From Candidatus Elulimicrobiales bacterium (GTDB taxonomy: Bacteria > Patescibacteriota > Minisyncoccia > Phycocordibacterales > UBA5272): a DNA stretch of 64,000 nt. The stretch spans positions 117,003-181,002 of the forward strand of contig JAYFPW010000002.1 of assembly GCA_034927475.1 (NCBI GenBank), written 5' to 3'. Under the pieces are notes generated by a model. That model did no database searches, had not been told where the DNA came from, and worked only from the letters and a program-made list of their open reading frames with translations. Shown here in pieces: positions 28,320 through 38,012 of the stretch; position 1 is the first letter of the stretch, and each line of letters opens with the position of its first letter. The position numbers and the translations under genes are program-made.

Positions 28320-30143
28320 TTAAGCTCCACCAACACCCCCACCTCCACCTCCGCCACCAGATGAACCACCACCAGAAGATCCTCCAGATGAAGAAGAAAA
28401 ATCGCTACTACTGCCAGTCGATTCTGCCAATGAAGATGACAAATCACGCATCATACTTGAAAAAATTAAAGCTGAAGAAGAGGTTCCTACACTCCAGTCT
28501 GGTTGAACATTGTTTAATTCATATAGTTTTCCTAATTCTTTAACCCATTTTCTTTCTTGTCTAAACAAAATAGCATATGGCAAAAGACTTTCATAAAGCT
28601 TCAACCTTGCCCCCATATCATTAGTAATGTCTCCTATTTTTTCTACAGTTTCAGGACTCTGAGTCATTTCAAATCTAGTTTTTTCTGCCACTCTTATGTA
28701 CTCCTCTAGCCCTTTCAAATAATGTCTAACTTCCAAAAATCTTTCAGTCTTCCTGTATTCTGGATAAAACATTGTAGAAAATATTTTAGAGAAAAATCTG
28801 GTAAACTTGTTTTTAGTAGGCTCTATTTCCCTAAGAGGATTAGGTTCATATAAATTTGTTTTAGTTCGCATTATATCTTCGATATTCAGTTTTAAGTCTA
28901 TTAAGGGATTTGTAAGTTTTGATGCTTTAACTAAACTGAAAGGATTTAATCTATTTTCAATATCATCAAGAGTTACAGAATCTCCTAATACATCAAAACT
29001 ATCTTCAAAAATTAGCTTTGCTAAAAGCTTTTCTTCTTCTTTCATATTTTCAAAGGAATTGATTATTTCAAATCTATATTTTCCTGAAGATAGAAAAGAT
29101 TTTTTCTTTGTCTGGTATATTAAAATATATTTCTGCACAGCCCAATCGATTATTTGCGCAACAATTCTATTTCCAAGCCTGGTATAAGTTAGGTCTGTTT
29201 CAAGTAGCGAAGCTGACATGAGTACGGAATAATTCTTAGGACGCAAATATTGCGGAATAATTGGTAAATCACGCCAAACAGAATTCACTAAATTTAAATC
29301 TTCTCCACTCTTTTTTGAAGCCACTGAAACAATAAGACCGAAAAATAAAAGACCCAAAACTGATATAAAAGTTGGTACAAACCACTCTATTATATTAAAA
29401 AAATCTAAACCTTGAACTGATCCCTGATTTAAATAATTTTGATTAGTAAAATTTGGATCAGGTTCAATTTCTAAAAATGTCCCTTTCTCAAACCCCATAG
29501 CAATAGTAACTCCATTGTGTGGAGGTAAATTTTGTGCAGTAACAGTAAAGTTTTCTACATTACAAGGAGTATTATTTTGACCTTCAGGTCCAGCATAACA
29601 ATATAAATCTGTTCTTAAATCCGGCTTTAAACTCTCATCAATATGTAATCTGACGACAGCGTTTGAAACTGGAACCAGAGAATCTACCCCAAGAGCATCC
29701 CAATAAAATTCATCTTTATCTGTATCAGAATAATATCTAGTCACATCACGCTGAGTAAAAGTTATGACATAAGTATTTTTCCCATGTACATATTCTTCTC
29801 CTGCTATACGAATAAGTGAGCTATTTGTCCAAGTATAAGGCCTAACCACCCCATTTTCATCTGTAACAGAAACAACTTTTAAATCAGTATCATGTCCATT
29901 GTATCCTCTCACGAAATCTCTAGTTATACCTCTATTTTGATCAAAATCTGGAAAATTTGCTGTAATTTTTTCTACCGTCGTAAGTATGGAATGATTTTCT
30001 GCATCTTTACTTAAATAAAGATCAACTTCATAGTTAGAAATAGTAAAATTATTTAAATTAGTTTGAGCAAAAACAATATTAAAAGAAAAAATATTTAATA
30101 AAAAAACAATAAAAATACTGTTAATTAAAAATACTTTTTTCAT
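28320..30143 (-). CDS. DUF2207-family membrane protein
   Basis: Signal peptide MKKVFL.., EFYWD, LPYAILF...W, Gly/Ser-rich tail; start moved to 30143 because the track start overlaps tRNA-Thr. Confidence 0.8.
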   Translation of the reverse strand: MKKVFLINSIFIVFLLNIFSFNIVFAQTNLNNFTISNYEVDLYLSKDAENHSILTTVEKITANFPDFDQNRGITRDFVRGYNGHDTDLKVVSVTDENGVVRPYTWTNSSLIRIAGEEYVHGKNTYVITFTQRDVTRYYSDTDKDEFYWDALGVDSLVPVSNAVVRLHIDESLKPDLRTDLYCYAGPEGQNNTPCNVENFTVTAQNLPPHNGVTIAMGFEKGTFLEIEPDPNFTNQNYLNQGSVQGLDFFNIIEWFVPTFISVLGLLFFGLIVSVASKKSGEDLNLVNSVWRDLPIIPQYLRPKNYSVLMSASLLETDLTYTRLGNRIVAQIIDWAVQKYILIYQTKKKSFLSSGKYRFEIINSFENMKEEEKLLAKLIFEDSFDVLGDSVTLDDIENRLNPFSLVKASKLTNPLIDLKLNIEDIMRTKTNLYEPNPLREIEPTKNKFTRFFSKIFSTMFYPEYRKTERFLEVRHYLKGLEEYIRVAEKTRFEMTQSPETVEKIGDITNDMGARLKLYESLLPYAILFRQERKWVKELGKLYELNNVQPDWSVGTSSSALIFSSMMRDLSSSLAESTGSSSDFSSSSGGSSGGGSSGGGGGGGGVGGA

Positions 30144-30170
30144 AGATATACGTATTATATCAGAATTCTG

Positions 30171-30243
30171 AGCCACCTCCGAGGATTGAACTCGGGACCT
30201 TGTCGTTACGAGTGACATGCTCTACCAACTGAGCTAAAGTGGC
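30171..30243 (-). tRNA. tRNA-Thr(CGT)
   Basis: GCCACTT..TAGCTCAGTTGGTAGAGC..CT-CGT-AA..GTTCAATCC..AGGTGGC-T; no encoded CCA. Confidence 0.92.
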
Positions 30244-30264
30244 TTAAAAAATATTATATCAAAT

Positions 30265-30340
30265 TGGAGCCAATAGTCAGGATCGAACTGACGACCTCAT
30301 CCTTACCATGGATGTGCTCTACCAACTGAGCTATATTGGC
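30265..30340 (-). tRNA. tRNA-Thr(GGT)
   Basis: Full cloverleaf, CATCC-AT-GGT-AA-GGATG, encoded CCA. Confidence 0.95.
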
Positions 30341-30376
30341 AATATTAAATATAAAAAGATTATAGCAAATAATATT

Positions 30377-30601
30377 TTATTCTTCAATTAAAACAGAAAA
30401 AAGTTTGCTTGGGCTTGTACGCCCAGAAATAAGTCTAATATTATTTGTCTTAAACTCTCTTTTTAAAATATTTAAGACAGCTTCATTAGCCCAACCATTT
30501 CTAGCTTCTTCTTTAACAGAGACTAAATATTCATCATCTTTTTTAGCTTTTTCAAAAGATTCTCTTTTTTGTTCAGTTTTGACTTTTGCTTTTATATACA
30601 T
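30377..30601 (-). CDS. DUF167/YggU-family protein
   Basis: VSVKEEARNGWANEAV..L, IRLISGRTSPSK. Confidence 0.75.
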   Translation of the reverse strand: MYIKAKVKTEQKRESFEKAKKDDEYLVSVKEEARNGWANEAVLNILKREFKTNNIRLISGRTSPSKLFSVLIEE

Positions 30602-30637
30602 AATTAAATTTTAATAAAATTAATAGAAAGATTAAAC

Positions 30638-30696
30638 TTGACACTTCTATCAAATTAATATATAGTTTGATTATTGTTTAATTAAAAAAGTTCTTT
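30638..30696 (+). promoter_or_regulatory. sigma70 promoter plus boxA-like motif
   Basis: TTGACA-17-TATAGT; GTTCTTT at 30690-30696. Confidence 0.7.
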
Positions 30697-30699
30697 ATT

Positions 30700-30966
30700 A
30701 TGCCAATGTCAGAACAGTATCGCTTAATGATTTATTTTGTAGTCGCAACACTACGCTTTTACAGAGATGATGTTAAAGAAAAAGATTATCTTTCTATTGA
30801 AGAATTTCGAAAAGAAAATCTAGAATTGTGGGATAGGGTCGGCGAAGAAGCCAAAAATACTTTCGAGTATGAACTATCTTGGGAACAAATGAGTAGAGGG
30901 ATAGAAGCTTATCTTTGTAAATCACTATCTGTAAAAAGCTCTGAAGCTTATGTCTTACAAAAATGA
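30700..30966 (+). CDS. 88-aa soluble orphan
   Basis: Fills the gap between its own promoter and a shared terminator. Confidence 0.6.
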   Translation: MPMSEQYRLMIYFVVATLRFYRDDVKEKDYLSIEEFRKENLELWDRVGEEAKNTFEYELSWEQMSRGIEAYLCKSLSVKSSEAYVLQK

Positions 30967-30972
30967 AAACCC

Positions 30973-31005
30973 AATCGGAAATTATAGAAACTATGATTTC
31001 CGATT
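30973..31005. terminator. Hairpin between convergent orphan and trmD, containing the trmD stop
   Basis: AATCGGAAATTATAG-AAA-CTATGATTTCCGATT. Confidence 0.7.
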
Positions 31006-31743
31006 TTCTTTTCGCCAATTTTCTATATTTTTATGATGTCCAGAAAGTAGAACTTCCGGAACTTTATATTTTTTTATTTTCTCTCCAATTTTTTTTTCAA
31101 AAATTTCTGGACGAGCATAAATCTCACTGGAAGCTACTCTATTCTCTTCCAAACTTTCATTATCATGCAAAACTCCTTTAATTTGTCTTGAAATAGCGTC
31201 AATCATAATCATTGCTGGAATTTCTCCGCCAGTTAAAACAAATTCTCCAACTGAAATATTTTCTATTTTTGAATTTAAAGAAATCCCTTTTTCTTTCCAA
31301 GTTTTTTTCTTTTCAGCTAAAATATCTTTAATTACTAGATTTACTCTAGCGTCCACTCCTTCATATCTTCCACAAATAAAAATTACATAATTATATTTTT
31401 TAGAATATTCTTTGGCTAATTTATTAGTAAAAATTTTAGCTGAAGGTACAAAGTTTACTACTAAAATATTTTTCTTTACCAATTCTTTTTTTTGTTTTTT
31501 ATCTTTTTCTATTTCTTTCAAAATCTTTTCAAAAGTATTTACAACTGGCTCTACCCAAAGAAGCATTCCAGGTCCTCCACCATAAACTTTCCCGTCAGTT
31601 CTTTTATGTTTATCTTTGGTAAAATCGCGGAGCTGAAAAGATTTTACTTTAATGAGTTTCTTTTCTTGAGCACGACCTAAAATAGACTCATTTGTATAAG
31701 AGTCAATAATATTTGGAAAAAGTGTAATTGTATAATATTTCAT
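30991..31743 (-). CDS. trmD: tRNA (guanine37-N1)-methyltransferase
   Basis: ITLFP, YGGGPGM, ICGRYEGVD.R, ISVGEFVLTGGE, VPEVLLSGHH. Confidence 0.95.
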   Translation of the reverse strand: MKYYTITLFPNIIDSYTNESILGRAQEKKLIKVKSFQLRDFTKDKHKRTDGKVYGGGPGMLLWVEPVVNTFEKILKEIEKDKKQKKELVKKNILVVNFVPSAKIFTNKLAKEYSKKYNYVIFICGRYEGVDARVNLVIKDILAEKKKTWKEKGISLNSKIENISVGEFVLTGGEIPAMIMIDAISRQIKGVLHDNESLEENRVASSEIYARPEIFEKKIGEKIKKYKVPEVLLSGHHKNIENWRKENRKS

Positions 31744-31814
31744 ATTTGAAGCTGTAAAATTAAAATAAAGCTTATTTTAAAGCTATTTTAACAAAATTTG
31801 AAGCTATAAAATAC

Positions 31815-31867
31815 TTGACAAATATGTTCTAATATGCTATATTTAGTCCAGCTAAAATTTGTTCATT
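31815..31867 (+). promoter_or_regulatory. sigma70 promoter plus boxA-like GTTCATT
   Basis: TTGACA-17-TATATT with TG extension; GTTCATT at 31861-31867. Confidence 0.7.
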
Positions 31868-31921
31868 AATAGACAAATTTTTTATTTTAATTGAATATTA
31901 ATTTTAAAAAATAAATAAAAA

Positions 31922-32323
31922 ATGGAAAAAAAGACTAAATTTAGAATTATTGCTGCTATAGTAGCAATCATTTCTTTGGTTTTAATTAAAAACGTCGACG
32001 AGATTTTTCACGCTCTCAAATTGGGATTCATTTTCGAGACAATTTTGGGTGGAATAATTCTCTCGTCTTTAGTTATTTCAGTTTTAGGACTGATCAGAGG
32101 AACCTTAAAAAAATTTAGAGAAAAAGGTATTTTGTTTTTTTCTTTTTGGGGATTTTGCCTCGGATTAATCTTTGGAGGCTTGCTTACAATCTTAGGATTG
32201 CTAACTTCTGTTGAAGTTTTAAGATTTGTTCTCCCATTTTTCCTTTCTCTATTTGTTGCTCTTGTTCTCGGAATACTTTCCGAAATGAATAAAGACGAAA
32301 CAAAAAACAAAACCGCTATTTAG
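31922..32323 (+). CDS. 133-aa four-TM orphan
   Basis: Four hydrophobic helices; stop inside terminator AAAACCGCTA-TT-TAGCGGTTTT (32309-32330). Confidence 0.7.
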   Translation: MEKKTKFRIIAAIVAIISLVLIKNVDEIFHALKLGFIFETILGGIILSSLVISVLGLIRGTLKKFREKGILFFSFWGFCLGLIFGGLLTILGLLTSVEVLRFVLPFFLSLFVALVLGILSEMNKDETKNKTAI

Positions 32324-32349
32324 CGGTTTTATTTTTATTTATTTTTTGG

Positions 32350-32676
32350 TTAGATATTTTTTATTCCGTCCATTACTGCATCCACATCATCTAATCTTGA
32401 TCTTCCTTCTCCAGATTGTGCGCCAATCATTTCTGCAGGTTCATTAATTTTCAGATTAACTCTGGCATTATTTTTCATTCCAACAACTCTTAAAAGAGTA
32501 CGGATGGCTTTTGCGGTTGCTCCTTGGCGACCAATAATTTTTCCCATGTCATCTTTTCCTACATCTACGGTGATGAGAACTCCCATTTCATCAACCTTTC
32601 TATCAATCTTTACATCGTTTGGATTATCTACTAAGCTCTTTACAATATATTCTACAAACTCTGAATCTTTAACCAT
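32350..32676 (-). CDS. khpA: KH-domain RNA-binding protein KhpA
   Basis: YIVKSLVDNP, DMGKIIGRQGATAKAIRTLL; follows rpsP. Confidence 0.88.
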   Translation of the reverse strand: MVKDSEFVEYIVKSLVDNPNDVKIDRKVDEMGVLITVDVGKDDMGKIIGRQGATAKAIRTLLRVVGMKNNARVNLKINEPAEMIGAQSGEGRSRLDDVDAVMDGIKNI

Positions 32677-32777
32677 ATATTTTATTTTCAAATTATTTTT
32701 CTAAACAAAATTTAATAACAAATTTATTATAGCACACAAAAATCTCCCATTAGAGATACAAATTTAACAAAAAGAAA

Positions 32778-33083
32778 TTATTTCTTTTTAAGTTCTTTCT
32801 TAGGTTTTGTTACTGATTTTTTAGGTAAAACATTTTTCTTTTTACCTTCTACTAAATTTTGAGCAACGAGAAAATTGTAAACTGTAGGAGTAACTTGTGC
32901 TCCAACACTCATCCAATATTTAATTCTTTCCCCTTTAAATTCTTTTTGTCCACTTTTGGCATTGTAAAAACCTAAATCCTCAATATATTTATGAGTCTTT
33001 GGTTTGTAGGCTTCTGGAGTAACAATCAATTTAAAATGAGGATCATTCTTCCTTCCAAGTCTTTGTAATCTGATTTTTAGCAT
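32778..33083 (-). CDS. rpsP: 30S ribosomal protein S16
   Basis: MLKIRLQRLG, IEDLGFYN, YWMSVGAQ.T.TV. Confidence 0.95.
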   Translation of the reverse strand: MLKIRLQRLGRKNDPHFKLIVTPEAYKPKTHKYIEDLGFYNAKSGQKEFKGERIKYWMSVGAQVTPTVYNFLVAQNLVEGKKKNVLPKKSVTKPKKELKKK

Positions 33084-33138
33084 AATAAATTTGAATTAAT
33101 TTTTTATTGGAATAATATATCATATTTTCTACAAAAAG

Positions 33139-33166
33139 AAAAGCGGCCATTTAAATAGCTGCTTTT
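33139..33166 (-). terminator. Intrinsic terminator
   Basis: AAAAGCGGC..GCTGCTTTT hairpin after the 33179 ORF. Confidence 0.6.
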
Positions 33167-33178
33167 AAATTTTCACTT

Positions 33179-33757
33179 TTAAAGAATCTTTTTAACCCTT
33201 AAAATTTTTGTAGTGTGGTCAAAACAAAGACCCCAAACAAAATCAAACTGAAAAGAAATTTCTTCCGCTTCTGATGTGTGAACAATCATAACCACGCTGT
33301 GGTCGTGACCCTGCAAAGGCACTTTATCACCAAGAGAAACAATCATAAACTTTTTAGGTAAAGGAATACCTTTACCTCGCATCATTTTTAAAAGTCTCCT
33401 AAGCTCAGATTCTAACTTCACAAGATGATAAATGTTTGACTCAATAAACCCTTCTTTTTTTGGAGGAAATTTTTCAAGGACCTCTTCTTTTTCAAAAACC
33501 TTATAACCTCCTGCATAATTAAAATTTGTGATTGGAGACTCAATTACCCATTCATATTTTCCAATAAATTCTTCCTTATAAGGAAGAATTGCAGAATTAA
33601 TTAAAGGATTATGAGAGACTACTAAATCATTTAAGTCATCATCAGTAAGATTTTCCGGCTTCAAAGTTCTATCTTTCAGAAAAGGATTATTTTCTGCAAA
33701 GATCTTAGACAATTCTTCATTCAAAGAAAAACAGGTAGGTAAAATAATGTTGTTCAT
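33179..33757 (-). CDS. 192-aa soluble orphan
   Basis: Long ORF with own promoter TTGACA-17-TAGTAT (33800-33828) and terminator. Confidence 0.7.
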   Translation of the reverse strand: MNNIILPTCFSLNEELSKIFAENNPFLKDRTLKPENLTDDDLNDLVVSHNPLINSAILPYKEEFIGKYEWVIESPITNFNYAGGYKVFEKEEVLEKFPPKKEGFIESNIYHLVKLESELRRLLKMMRGKGIPLPKKFMIVSLGDKVPLQGHDHSVVMIVHTSEAEEISFQFDFVWGLCFDHTTKILRVKKIL

Positions 33758-33837
33758 TTCGCATATTTTATTAAGTTAGTACTAGTTTTTACTATTCTTA
33801 TACTATAAAAGAAGTGCAAAAATGTCAAGATTGAAAA

Positions 33838-35838
33838 CTATTCCCTTATCAGCTCGTAATCTATTTGTTTCAAATCTAAATTTGTACTTTTTACTCTGAT
33901 TTTTACTCTGTCTCCAATTCTAAACTCGACACCACTATTTTCACCAAAGATTCTAGATTTCTTTTCATTGTAAATATAAAAATCTTCACCTAAATCTCTT
34001 AATCTTATTAAACCTTCTGATTTAGATTTTGCTTCTTCAACATAAATACCCCATTGAGATACTCCAGAAACAATACCGTCGAAAATTTGTCCTAATCTAT
34101 AGCCCATATATTCAACTTGTTTATACTTAATACTTCCCCTTTCAGCATCTTGAGCCTCTTTTTCTCTTTTACTTGCCAAATCACACATTCTGTCGAAGAA
34201 AGGTTTTTCCTCTGCTTTTGGAAAATCTTTTTTAAGTACTCTCATTAATATACGATGTAGCATTATATCTGGATATCTACGAATTGGAGAAGTAAAGTGA
34301 GAATAAAAAGGAAAAGCGAGCCCATAGTGTCCTACATTTTGAGTCGAATAAATAGCTTTCTGCATAGATCTAGCAATATGTAAAGAAAGTAAATCTTTTT
34401 CAGCTTCCCTATTTTCATCTTTTAATTTTTTAATTAATTTATTTAATTCAAGAGAAGGAATAAGTCCGTCTATAAATTTAACTCTTTCACCTATTGAGCG
34501 AATAAATAAATCTAATTCGTGCATCTTTTCTGCGTCTGGAGTATCGTGTATTCTATAAATAGAAAGAATGGGAGCGTTATTTTTAACTTGCTGATCATAA
34601 ATAAATTTTGATACTCTTCTGTTCGCTAAAAGCATTAACTCTTCGATTAACTGATTAGCTTCTGTCATTTCTTTGACATAAACATCAACCGGTACACCAT
34701 TTTCATCTAATTTAAATTTAACCTCTTCTGAATCTATAACTAAAGCTCCGTTATCATTTTTTTCTTTATCTAGCTTTTTAGCAATTTCATTTAAAATATA
34801 TAATTCTTTATGATAAAGACCTGACTCATCATGAATATTTTTTAAAGCTTCTTCATAAGTAAATCTTTTATCAGATTTAATAATCCCCCTACCAAACCAT
34901 TCGCTTAAAACTTGGGCATTTTTATTCATTTCAAAAACCGCACTCATAACAAGTCTTTCCTCCCCTTCAACGAGAGAACAAAGATCGTTGGAAAGAACTT
35001 CTGGCAGCATAGGAATAGTTCTGTCTACTAAATAAACACTGGTCTCTCTAAAAACAGCTTCTTCATTCATTTTTGTATCTTCTTTTAAATAATGAGAGAC
35101 ATCGGCGATATGAATACCAACTTCATAATTTCCATTTGCGAGCTCTCTCAAACTGATAGCATCATCAAAATCTTTTGCATCTGCAGGGTCGATAGTCATA
35201 GTTAAAATTTCTCTAAAATCCCTTCTTCCATCGACACCATTTTCATTTACGAATTTATCTTCCTCTGTAATTCCTTTTTCGTGAAGAGCTTTAGCTTCAA
35301 CTTCGACTTCTTCACTTGGTTCACTAGCGAAACCTCTCTCTAGCGCAAAAGCAAGCATTTCCGCATCATTGTCGCCAGGTTTTCCTAAAACCCTAACCAC
35401 TCTCGCAAATGGAGATCTTTTTGGATCATCCCATTTTACAATTTCTGCTACAACTTTATCGCCCGGTACAGCATTCATAGCGTTTTCTTTCAAAATAATA
35501 AAATCCGTATAAGTCTTTTTATCATCTGGAACTAAAAAATACATTCCGTTTTCTTCTTCCAATTTTCCAGCATGAGCATATTTTGCTCTCTCCATAACTT
35601 CCAAAACTTTTCCATAAAAAATATCTTCATCAGTCTTTTCTTTTTTTCTTTTTCCTAAAACTTCCACTTCTACAATGTCTCCATGAAAAGCACAATTTAG
35701 ATGTTCGTGATCGATAAATACAGATTCGTCTTGCGTAAAAGCTTCATCTAATTTTTCATGATGTTCAAGCAGACGAACATAGCCATCACCTTTACTATTT
35801 AAAGTGATTCTTCCGTGTATTAACTTTCGCATAGACAT
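33838..35838 (-). CDS. rnr: Ribonuclease R
   Basis: TIDPADAKDFDDAIS, VGIHIADVS, YSHFTSPIRRYPD, C-terminal S1 domain. Confidence 0.93.
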   Translation of the reverse strand: MSMRKLIHGRITLNSKGDGYVRLLEHHEKLDEAFTQDESVFIDHEHLNCAFHGDIVEVEVLGKRKKEKTDEDIFYGKVLEVMERAKYAHAGKLEEENGMYFLVPDDKKTYTDFIILKENAMNAVPGDKVVAEIVKWDDPKRSPFARVVRVLGKPGDNDAEMLAFALERGFASEPSEEVEVEAKALHEKGITEEDKFVNENGVDGRRDFREILTMTIDPADAKDFDDAISLRELANGNYEVGIHIADVSHYLKEDTKMNEEAVFRETSVYLVDRTIPMLPEVLSNDLCSLVEGEERLVMSAVFEMNKNAQVLSEWFGRGIIKSDKRFTYEEALKNIHDESGLYHKELYILNEIAKKLDKEKNDNGALVIDSEEVKFKLDENGVPVDVYVKEMTEANQLIEELMLLANRRVSKFIYDQQVKNNAPILSIYRIHDTPDAEKMHELDLFIRSIGERVKFIDGLIPSLELNKLIKKLKDENREAEKDLLSLHIARSMQKAIYSTQNVGHYGLAFPFYSHFTSPIRRYPDIMLHRILMRVLKKDFPKAEEKPFFDRMCDLASKREKEAQDAERGSIKYKQVEYMGYRLGQIFDGIVSGVSQWGIYVEEAKSKSEGLIRLRDLGEDFYIYNEKKSRIFGENSGVEFRIGDRVKIRVKSTNLDLKQIDYELIRE

Positions 35839-35866
35839 AAATTTCAAAATTAGTATAACATAAAAA

Positions 35867-36913
35867 CTATTTTATTATTCGGATTTCCCCCATTTCTTCT
35901 TTAATAAATCCATTTATTTCTAGACTCATCAGGGCTACTAATGAATCTGTGTAACTTGTTCCAAATTCTTCTTCAACTTCTGATAAGAGAATATCTTTTT
36001 CAACACTTCCAGCTTCAATTATTTTTTGTAAAAGATTTCTTTCGTTTTTATTTAATTTATTTAAAAGTTTTTTTAATTGCTCTTCATTTTCTTTAGTATA
36101 AAAATTTAAATCTAAAACTCTTTGGCTATTTTCACTTATACGAAGCATTTCCAAAATATCTAATTCACTTAAAACTGGAGTTGCTCCATCTTGAATTAAT
36201 TTATTAGACCCTAAAGACGCTTCAGCAAAAATATTATTTGGAATAACGCCGACATTTTTTCCGTATTCCATTGCCAATCTTGCTGTAATTAAAGTCCCGC
36301 TTTTTTCTCCAGCTTCCACTATTAAGACTGCATCTGAAATCGCTGCCATAATTCTATTTCGTGCTGGGAAAAAATACATTTGGCTCTTTTTGTCTTCTTC
36401 ATATTCAGAAATCATTAAATTATTATTTTCTAAAATATTTTCCGCTAATTCTAAATTATTTGCTGGATAAAGCACTGCAGAAGAAAGCCCGGATCCAGGT
36501 ATAGAAATCGTTGGAAAATTATTTTTAAGTGCTGTTTTATGTGCCCAAGAATCAATACCTAAAGCAAGACCAGAAACAACAACTATTTTCTCTCCGACTA
36601 AATATTTTAGTAAATAATCTAAAACTTCTTTTCCATAATTTGTATTTCTTCTACTTCCGACAACAGTCAATATTTTATATTCTTCACCGTCGAAAGTTTT
36701 TTGTAAGAAATTATTTAAAATTTCTTCATCTTTAAATTTAAAATATAATTCTTTTGGCGCGTCACGAATTTCTAAAAGTGGAGATAGGAGAGCATATTTA
36801 TGAAAATCTTTTTTCTCTATTTTAAAAGATGGAAAATCATCAAAAGAAATATGATTTTCTTCTAATATATCCAATTCTTTTTCTAAATTTTCATTTAAAA
36901 TCTCGGGTGACAT
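35867..36913 (-). CDS. dprA: DNA-processing protein DprA
   Basis: VVGSR, VSGLALGID..AH, FPARNRI, VEAGEKSGTLITA. Confidence 0.93.
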   Translation of the reverse strand: MSPEILNENLEKELDILEENHISFDDFPSFKIEKKDFHKYALLSPLLEIRDAPKELYFKFKDEEILNNFLQKTFDGEEYKILTVVGSRRNTNYGKEVLDYLLKYLVGEKIVVVSGLALGIDSWAHKTALKNNFPTISIPGSGLSSAVLYPANNLELAENILENNNLMISEYEEDKKSQMYFFPARNRIMAAISDAVLIVEAGEKSGTLITARLAMEYGKNVGVIPNNIFAEASLGSNKLIQDGATPVLSELDILEMLRISENSQRVLDLNFYTKENEEQLKKLLNKLNKNERNLLQKIIEAGSVEKDILLSEVEEEFGTSYTDSLVALMSLEINGFIKEEMGEIRIIK

Positions 36914-36949
36914 ATTCTATTTTTATTTTATCATAAGAAAAATTTTCAA

Positions 36950-37119
36950 ATAAAAAACTTCACACAAAAGTTAAAATTTAAAGTGTAATATTTGTTTAAA
37001 TAATTTCTAAATTTAAAATTTATGTGAAGTAAAAATTGCGTATTAATAAGGAGAGCCCCCAAATTATCATACTGGTCTACAATTCTAAAAATCTCCTCTC
37101 TTCCGACCAATTTAATACC
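36950..37119 (-). ncRNA. Candidate ~170-nt pseudoknotted RNA plus long terminal hairpin
   Basis: -10 TATTAT at 37126-37131; nested and crossing stems with minus-strand-only G-U pairs; 74-nt hairpin followed by a U tract. Confidence 0.45.
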
Positions 37120-37151
37120 TGTAAAATAATACCCTTGATATAAATATATTA

Positions 37152-38012
37152 CTATTTCTTCTTCGGTTTTTTATCTTTGATTGTTATAGTCACAGTACTT
37201 CCGTCAGAAGCAGTAAATTCGCGAGTCTTACCGGGCTCATTTTGAATAGACGGCTGAACCTCTTCTCTTGGCGCCTCTCTTACTATCTCTGGTTGAGATT
37301 GGGATTGGGACTGAGATTGGGTTTGAGTTTGCGTCTGTGTTTGAGATTGAGTAGAAGTAGGGGTAGAATTAGAATATTGATTATTACTATTTCCAACATT
37401 ATCACTTACACCACTTGTACCATAAATGTCTTTTGTTATAGCATTAGTGGTTTCATTTAGAGCTTTTTTAACTCTATTTCTGAAAACTTCTGTCTTAGTT
37501 TGTTTGGTATTTGGAAAATATTCTTTTTTTATTTTTACCGCTCCATAACCAACCAAGCTTCCCAAAATAAGGCAAAACATAATATTCCAAAGAGAAAACT
37601 TTTTTGCCATCGGGAAAAAAGTTGTCATAATTGTCACCAATAAATCCTCTTTCCAATTCTTAATCTCATGCGTACGCATAAGACGCGTATCTATGTGAAC
37701 CACTTTTGTATCCTCTCTATATTTTGTGGGTATAAAAATTTTTCCCCAGAAACCAAGAAAGGGATAAAAATATGTTCCCGCTTCAAGAGTCCTAATCTCC
37801 AAATTCGAAAGTCTTAAAACTAAAGTTCTTTCTTCGTTAAATGGTACGGAAACCATGGAAGACAGAAAGAAAATTGTAGCTAAAAAAATTTGAATAATGT
37901 AACTTTCCGGCGCAAATCTCATTCCAAAATAAACAAGGACTGAATATATTGCCACCCACCAAATAACTATTCCCAAAACTGAGAATAAAGACTTTAAAAT
38001 TGCTTTTCCCAT
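37152..38012 (-). CDS. Membrane protein with SPFH-like N-terminal segment and Gln/Thr/Ser-rich tail
   Basis: SMVSVPFNEERTLVLRL..IRTLEAGTYFYPF resembles a Band-7 N-terminus; (QT)n(QS)n repeat. Confidence 0.6.
   Translation of the reverse strand: MGKAILKSLFSVLGIVIWWVAIYSVLVYFGMRFAPESYIIQIFLATIFFLSSMVSVPFNEERTLVLRLSNLEIRTLEAGTYFYPFLGFWGKIFIPTKYREDTKVVHIDTRLMRTHEIKNWKEDLLVTIMTTFFPMAKKFSLWNIMFCLILGSLVGYGAVKIKKEYFPNTKQTKTEVFRNRVKKALNETTNAITKDIYGTSGVSDNVGNSNNQYSNSTPTSTQSQTQTQTQTQSQSQSQSQPEIVREAPREEVQPSIQNEPGKTREFTASDGSTVTITIKDKKPKKK

Noticed and set aside
30144-30218. N-terminal extension of the DUF2207 ORF
   Set aside because: Overlaps tRNA-Thr(CGT); the signal peptide starts at 30143
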